Assembly: GCF_009914755.1 (NCBI RefSeq)
Contig: NC_060928.1
Direction: 5' to 3' (one strand)
Source of the DNA: the human T2T-CHM13v2.0 reference genome, Homo sapiens
Length of the DNA: 64,000 nucleotides
Of the stretch, positions 56,031 through 64,000 are shown piece after piece. Below the pieces are notes generated by a model. It did no database searches, was not told where the DNA came from, and saw only the letters and a list, made by a program, of their open reading frames with translations. Positions within the stretch are counted from its first letter, which is position 1. Each line of letters opens with the position of its first letter. A program made the translations under genes and the position numbers.

Positions 56031-57744
56031 GTATATGGTAAGTTATTTAACAAAACTGGGCCTCAAATTCACATCCATGTAATAACAAAGTTGGTCTATC
56101 CAGTGACCTGCAGGATCCCTCCTACTTCTAGAATTCCATGTTGTGATTCTTTACTGTTGTGGAGTTTGCCTAATACCCCCATTTTTTTCTCCTACATCCC
56201 TCAGGAACTGCTTCCAATCTGGCCTGTACCTTACTGTTCCATATAACTGTTTCACAAAATCACCTATTCATATATTTTTAGTATTCAGAAAGTGTACCAA
56301 AGGCATTGGATGTGGATAAGACGGGATAAGAGTTCACTTATTCACTGGACAAACATTTATTGAGCACCTACTATGTATCAGGTGCTTCCAAGTAACATAT
56401 TATTAACTATTTGACTTAGTCCAAGTGTTTGTTTAGATAAAATATTCCTAGAAGCACATTTATCTTCATCTGTTTTCCAATTTAATAAGAAGTGTCATCC
56501 TCCCAACCTGTTGATATTCCTCCCAACCCCTCTCCAGTCTAAGCTTCAGTCAGTATAGCTGCTCCTTTACAGATACTGACTTGAGTCAAATCAAGATTTT
56601 TTCCCTTCTTTCTAGACCACTCTCTCCATTTTTAATCCTTTTGCTTTCTTCAACAGAGTGAATTATCACACATTTTCTTTATTGATTCAGTTTTTAACCC
56701 TACTTTTCATTCCTCTCCACTCTGAGTTTCCCAGATGTCTCTTCAGGTGGTCCTTTGCAAGATCTTGTTCTCGCCTGCTGGCTGAGCATCACTTTAAGGC
56801 CCTTTGCTTTTTACAAGTAGTCCCTTGGGCAAATCATTCAATAATAGAGTTTTAATGCATTTTTGATCCTAAATTACACATCCTGAGTTACAGGACATTT
56901 CGACATTGACATTCCAATGTCTTTTCATTGTTATTCTCAAGTCATTCGCTTATCTCAACATAATATATCCTTCAACAGTCTTCTTGTATAACATTTCCAG
57001 GCAATCAAAACCCTGAAGTCATTTTTATTTTGCTTGTCTCATCAGGTCATTGCCAAATTCTGATAATTCTTGATACACAACAATCTTATATTTGCCATTC
57101 TATCTGCATTTCTATATCCAGTCTCATATTTCAGGTTCTAGACATTGGATTGTGTCTTCTCTTTCCTCATATTCTGTCTTCTACACCTATCCTACATTCT
57201 GCCACTTAAATTATCTTCTATAAATCTTACTCCAAAAGCTTTTGGTATTGCAAATTTCCTTCCTTTTTACATTAAATTTCAACCTTTTGGCATTGGCCAA
57301 ACATTTAACTAACTAAACTATATATCTCTTATTGTATCCTAGCTTTATTTTTTCTCTAGAGTAGTTAATCTTGTTATTTTTCATTATAGTCTACTCATTT
57401 TTTTTTGCAATTTTACCTATTTCATCAGCCTAGAAAGTTGTTTACCTGAACAAAATAATAACTAAAAAAAAAAATCTTTTAAGGAACTGTTCAGATTCTT
57501 CCCTGAACCAAGGGACCAGCTCACATTTCTTCATTTAAATATAATTAATATATTCAGCAGTTCCAAAGTACTTTCTATGAGTCTGTTAAGCCAAAACCTC
57601 AAAACAATGTGGGGGTGGAGGGTGCTCAAAGGTAAATTCATGTATTACATTTTTCCTCTTGTTCAATCGACATCAGAGAAAATTCTTGATAGAGCAAAGA
57701 AAAGCTGCAATATAAATCACCACAGCACATAAGATCTTATCACA

Positions 57745-58078
57745 ATGCTCATATTGAAACTTAATACTCATTGTGATGGTATTAAGAGGTGATTAAGTCT
57801 TAATGGATTAGGGCAGAAAGGACTTGTGGAAGTTGGTTTGCCCTCTGCCATGTGACATCATAGTATTCATCCCCTCGTGGGTTTCCCCCATCCATCATGT
57901 GAGGATGCAGCAACAAGGCACCATCTTGGAAGTTGAAAGTGGCCTTCACCAGATAGCGGTGTTGGTTGCTTGGTCTTACACTTTTCCCAGCCAGCAGAAC
58001 TGTGAGAAATAAATTTATCTTCTTTATAAATTACTCCATCTGTCTTATTTTGTTATAATAGCACAAATGACTAAAGAG
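57745..58078 (+). mobile_element. MST/MLT1A-like MaLR LTR
   Basis: ctcatattgaaacttaat...gtattaagaggtg...cagcagaactgtgagaaataaattt...gttataatagcacaaatgactaa. Confidence 0.7.
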
Positions 58079-58669
58079 AAACAACAAGGCTGAAAGCTAG
58101 GTATGCTCTCCATGATATTCATCATAGTACAGCTATACTCATACTAGGCTTATGATTTGTGGAAATTAGTATGCCTTCATCCTATCTACCATGGACACTC
58201 CATGATACTGCAGACAGAGGGACATATATAAATGGTTTTGACTGCAAAATACTTTTGTGATTAAAAAACTCCGGTAATTAATTACTAAGTCCATTAAAAC
58301 AAAAAGGGAAAACATGTTAAAAAGTTGCCAAATGAACTGGAAATACAGCAAGTGATCAATAAATATTTGTTAAACAAATGAGTGAACAAATCAGCAGGTA
58401 AATGGTTTAGCTTTAGAGAAAATAATTTATAAATGGAAAATAATGTGTCAATATGCAAAATGTAGAAGAATGAAAAAGGAAAACATAACTAGCTGTTGCT
58501 AAAGTTTCTAACAGTATTGGAAGTGATAATTAAAAAAAAACTGGAGGTAATTCATACATCCAAGAGTAGGAGTATAGTTGAATAAACTATATCTTATCAT
58601 AATATACACAGAGGCACACACTATTATATGATATTCTATTCTATCTCATATATAAATATTAAAACAAGT

Positions 58670-58793
58670 AATTTTTATTATTTATGGATTTTGTATTTGT
58701 GAGTTCATCTAGTTGTTATAATGTTTTTGTAATCCCTAAATCAATACTCACTGTGCTTTCACAGTCTTCCATAGACACGTACAAAGTGGAAAA
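58670..58793 (+). mobile_element. Tigger4/MER46-like 5' fragment
   Basis: ttatttatggattttgtatttgtgagttcatcta...tttgtaatccctaaatcaatactcactgtgctttcacagtc. Confidence 0.6.
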
Positions 58794-58799
58794 ACAAAA

Positions 58800-60085
58800 C
58801 AAAACTCAACAAGGCTATAAAATAAAATAAATATGAACGCTGATTTATAATGAAGAAATAAATGTTACCATTTCCAGATAATTGTTTAGATAGAAATTCT
58901 ACAGTAATCTACATATTAATTTTTATAATTAATAAATGAATTAAGCAAGTCATTGAATACAAAACCAATACACAAAATTACTTGCATTTTTTATATTAGC
59001 ATCAAAACATCATTTAAAAGACTATAAAATAGTTTCTATGTTTATAAATTTACAAATATATGCTAGACCTCTACACTGAAAACTATAAATATTACTTAAA
59101 GCCAAACATTACTGAGATACTGAGCTGGAAAAAATATTCATAATACACATTAGAGAAAATATTAATATCTAAAATATATAAAGTACTCCTGCCAAATGAT
59201 AAGAACAAGACAGACATCCCAATTTTTTAAAATGTTCTTAGACATGTACTTAATAAAAATAACATTCTAATAGTCAATAAGTATATACAAAGATTTTTAA
59301 CATTGTTAAACATCAGAAAAAAAATGAAAACCAGATTAAACATACCCACTACAATGGCTGGAAGACAATATCAAGCACTGAATGATATTTGGATCACCTG
59401 AAATTTTCATACAGTGCAGGTGTGAATGTGTATGGAGATGCTCCTTTTTAAAACCATTTGGCATTAGCAATGGAAGTTGAAATATGTGAATACCCTGTGA
59501 TAAAACAATTCTACTCCTATGTAAAAACGAAGATAAATGAATGCTTATGTACGCCCACCATAATACATGTACAAAAATATTTGTAACTATTTATAATAGC
59601 AGCAACTGAAAAATAGATTATAGTAAATTACTTATTACTATAAGATACATTACATTAGAGTAATTTTAGACAACCAACTAGCACGAAGAAATAAAAAGAA
59701 CAAATTACTACTACATGCAACAATATGGGCACAGCTCATAGATATAATGTTAAGTAAGAGCAGCCAGATAAAACTGAGTAAATACTCTCTAATTCAATTT
59801 CTATTATTTACATATACATATATGTGTGTGAATGTGTATGTGTGTGTATATATAAAAATACATATACATTTCATGAAAAGGCCAAACAACACTAGGTTGA
59901 TAGAACTCAAAATAGTAATTACCTTTGGTAGGGTATATGGTACAGTGTCTGCTTTGTGGATGCTGGAAAAATTTAACTCAATATGCATGATGGTTACATC
60001 TGTAAATTTTCAATGAGTGAAAAGTTTATGATTTGTGAAATTTTACTGTAGGAATACTATCGATCAAGAAAAAGTTACCAAAAAT
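58800..60085 (+). mobile_element. Decayed L1ME 3' region
   Basis: gacctctacactgaaaactataaa, attaatatctaaaatatataaag, tactactacatgcaacaatatgg and a 3'-UTR-like tail. Confidence 0.65.
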
Positions 60086-63000
60086 CCACAAAAAGATTTA
60101 AATATAAATCTATTCTATCATATGCCAATGGCTTTGTTTGATACATGAGGATAGAAATATGACTTTGTAGAACATCCAAAAAAATTCCAGAAAGACATTA
60201 TGTAGCAATCTAAATTAACGAGAAATGATTTATGCAAGGATGGCTAACAGCCTCCCACAAAGACTGCCTTCTCTTCTCCCAAAAAAGTGATTTGATAATA
60301 AAAGCACTGTAAATCAATCCACGAAATTTACTTCCTAGGGGGTGGAATGCCTGGCTAATGTAAGCCTCACTGGAGTACACAGGATATATGCCAGCTTTTT
60401 GCCAAAGATGCCTATGAGATCATTCTTTGAAAGGCCTCCCCTCTATACTCTTGACATGATATAAACTACTTTTATATTTATGTATGCTGGACACTGCTTT
60501 AGTGTACTTTATAGATCTTTAAATAAAACCAGCTGTCATTCCAGCTATCCTTAAGAGAAAAAAAACAAAAACTTTGCCTGCTACACTTTTGTGCATATAA
60601 GAACCACCTAATTCTCAGGGTCTGCACCAGACTTTTTACTACACTAAGCCTGGAGACTGTATTTCAAGAAGCACTCCTGCAGGTCCCGAAACAGCTAGTT
60701 TGGGCTGTACATATATAATATACTGCTTTTTACTATCGTATGAACTATTCATTTTTCGTTGATCTGCTTGTTTTAAAAATATGATGGCTTTACTCTGTGT
60801 GATCTGAATTACCTTGGACGATAGAATCAAATATTATAAACAATAAACTATATATATTCCTATCCTTCAAAAACATTATAAATCTTTTATCTGCCATCTA
60901 GATTTCACTTCTCTTAGTCCTTGCAATGTAGCAACATTATGTAACCATTGCATAATCAAAGAAGGAAAGTAGCTAAAGCAATGACTTTTCATATTTATTA
61001 AGAATTATGTATGTAAAATGATTCTTCACCAGGTAAACTCTTAATTTAACAGAGCTACCTCAGACTTGGATAGGAGACATCTAAGTCTCTTATAATATAA
61101 ACTCAGGGTCAGCTGAATTCAACAATTTTAAAGACTAATGTGCATTACTAAAGCATAGGTGAAAGATTATAAAGTGATAAACTTACCTAGGCTGAGTGAA
61201 AGGCAGAGAGGTATGAGGCCTTCCAAAAGAAACAAACACAAAGACAGAAAAAAGAAAACATAAACAAAACAAAGAAAATCCTGAGAAAAAAGCTGAAGAG
61301 ACTAGAGAGGAATAAACGATCTGCAATTTAAAAGTCGAGAGTGAGTAGATAAAACTCAGAACATTCAGATTGTTTTAAGTGAGAGAACAAGATCTTCTAA
61401 GAATCCGTGGCATAAAATAGAAGATGCAACATTCAACAAAATTAATTTTACAATCAGACAAGTAACTTCCTAAATAAGCAACTAAACAAACTGTTGACCA
61501 TATCATGAGCCTTGCAAAATGTCCTTGATTAGCTTGCTTCTGCATTTCTATAAAATGGAGATACCACCCATGAGACCTATTCTGGACCTCAAGGTATTAT
61601 TGTACAAATAATGAACTAAAGGTAGTAAATTGTTCTTGAGTTCCTCAAGATATAGTGTATAGTAATTCAGACTATTGTGCTTTTAACTTTTATTAATTAA
61701 TGAAATTATATGAGTTAACATTTTAATAACATTTAATACCATGGGCATGTAAAATTAAGGAAATTCTTATAGTGAAAATGTAGTATGGGGAAAAGGCCAT
61801 GAAATATAAATGGCTAAATATTTCAGTGAAAGAACACAGTTACATTTTTTCCCCCAGACTCTGGACTCCATTTGAATATGAAGGTGCTAGAAACCCTAAC
61901 ACCTTGTTTGGTTTAATAACATTTTTGAGGATATTACAGTAATGCTAAAGAAATGCATCCTATCTATCAAGTACTTAAAATGTTAATTAAATGAATACAC
62001 ACTGATTATTAGTAATTACATCAACCTGAATACACATTACCATTTAATGTATTAAACTCATCACTGAGTTAACAGCATGGTTTTAAATAAACTAATATTT
62101 TATTTTTAAGAAATTGGCTAAATTAATAAATTATACTCTAACATTAAGTATTATCAGCATTAGAATTAATTTGTATATAAGTACACTTTTCATTATAAAA
62201 CATTAGGGATAATTATTCAAATAAGAGGAAGGCAGAAGGGTGCAGAATATCATTATCCAGCGGCCTATATGGAAAAGGCAATTGTGGTTTGCTGATCTTA
62301 CCAGGTTGCTGATGTTGGATGATGATAGTTCTCATTTTACCAATTATTTTTTCACTAGGATAAGGCCATATAGTTGTGTAATCACTCAGACTGCTTTAAT
62401 ACCATTAACTTGTATTTACCCACAAATAGTCCAACTGTGTGCAACAATCTTAGAACGATGCCTTTTACACCATAGGAGGTTTTTCCTCGAATTTCCTATC
62501 CCTGGACTGTGACCTGACAGGGGCAGTGTAGTCATGACGAAGCTTAAATCGAGCAATGTCACAGTCTACTGAAAAGGACACAAATTCTCGACCTGAATGC
62601 CTACGGTCTCATAAAATTCTACAATAATTAACCAAAGGTCCAAAAAAAATTTCTTTTTAGTGATTTTTGTTCTCCTAATTTTCTGACTGCTGCTTGACTG
62701 GGCAAAATAGTAAATACAAGTAAACTTATTTGTTTTCATTTTCTTCATTTTAGTAAAGACACTTTTTATGAGAGACTAAGTAATGAATGGTTTTTTTTGA
62801 AATTTACAATTTTACGTAAATGAACATATATTACCAAAGAGAAGATTGCCAGTGATTTCTGTGTTATGGAAACACATGCACATATACAACCCAAATACGA
62901 AAAGGTACTGCAACATATTTTGCTTATTGGCATTGACTTTCATACCTAAGATATTTTCTTTTGTCATTTTAAACATTAATATTTAATACTTATAATACTT

Positions 63001-63294
63001 TCCATTTAAGCTATTCTTTCAAAATATATCTTAAATATTTATACTAATAAATATCTCTATATTCTCTCTTGGTACAAAACATGCATGTTCTATATTTGCT
63101 GCAATAAAATATCTTTTAATTCCTCCCTATTTTTCCTTATTTAGTACATGTGATTTATTCCAGATTAAAATTTTGATATGTGTATGTTGAATATTTGTAT
63201 ATGCTACAAGTAACCAGTGGTTCTGGAAACTGCTCTACAGTGCTCTTGGCATTCTCAGGAACTCTTTCGGGGTTATCGGAATGAGCAGATTCTG

Positions 63295-63419
63295 GCTGTC
63301 TTCAACCAGAGCAACCCTCTTTTAAGATGTTTTATGTGTTTATGTTTCCAGGTAAGCTGTCTTCAACCAGAGCAACCCTCTTTTAAGATGTTTTATGTGT
63401 TTATGTTTCCAGGTAAGCT
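63295..63419 (+). repeat. Perfect 61-bp tandem duplication
   Basis: gctgtcttcaaccagagc...tttccaggtaa at 63295-63355 and 63356-63416, identical, followed by the 3-bp microhomology gct. Confidence 0.96.
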
Positions 63420-64000
63420 ATTAAACAAACAATGGAAATTATACATTTTTTAACCTTCAATTCCCCTTATTGCTCCATTTCCCAAGCTGGTGCTTCATCT
63501 GTAACAATGAAAATTATATTATCTCACAAATTGTTATGTGAAATAAATGAGATAATGTATTACAAATTATTTTTATATAACAGGTAATAACATAAACACA
63601 CATACTCATAATATGTCTTACAAAACATGGAAGAAGATAAGCATAAGTGTCTTATTGACAGATTGTTATAATGGCAATAATATCAAATTCTTAAATAAGA
63701 AAGACAGGTGTTTATTAGTGAGAGAGGGTCTTCTGGTAACAAGATCTTTACAGTAGATTTATTTTCTATAGGCCTTAAGAAGATTTTATTTCTGTTTTTG
63801 TAATTATGGAGATTTGTAAAGTGGCATTATCACACTAAAAATCCAACGAATAGTTTGGGTCTTGATACATCCATATATTCCTATTCTTTCCTGCATGAGC
63901 ATGCTCCTTTGGGCCACCATTCCAATCCTGCAACTTTAGTCTTGTGACCCATGATCACTGCAAAACACAATGCCCTTTCCTTCTGTATTTTTATCCCAGT

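Overview
Primate (very likely human) genomic DNA: AT-rich, CpG-poor and rich in Alu, L1, L2, MIR, LTR and DNA-transposon relics. The whole window lies inside one minus-strand gene, ADAMTS3 (procollagen N-proteinase / pro-VEGF-C activating metalloprotease; in human on 4q13.3, from recall). I traced 14 consecutive coding exons with GT-AG junctions and matching phases. By recalled numbering they are exons 5-18 (about aa 221-864): end of prodomain and furin site, catalytic domain with HETGHVLGMEH, disintegrin-like domain, TSR1, Cys-rich domain, spacer and start of TSR2. Positions 41949-64000 are part of the long upstream intron. I found no second gene, RNA gene or CRISPR array, and no clear new biological system. 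The best leads are splicing and structural. (1) Inverted Alus bracket exons 7-10, which form a 540-nt stop-free in-frame unit holding the catalytic core. (2) A 179-bp non-TE inverted duplication and a 66-bp direct duplication show similar divergence. (3) A 33-nt in-frame microexon or recursive-splice candidate lies in intron 4. (4) Exon 16 has a distant-branch-point acceptor next to a purine/pyrimidine-alternating minisatellite. (5) A candidate poison exon lies in intron 5. Repeat family names are from memory of consensus sequences, not from a database search.
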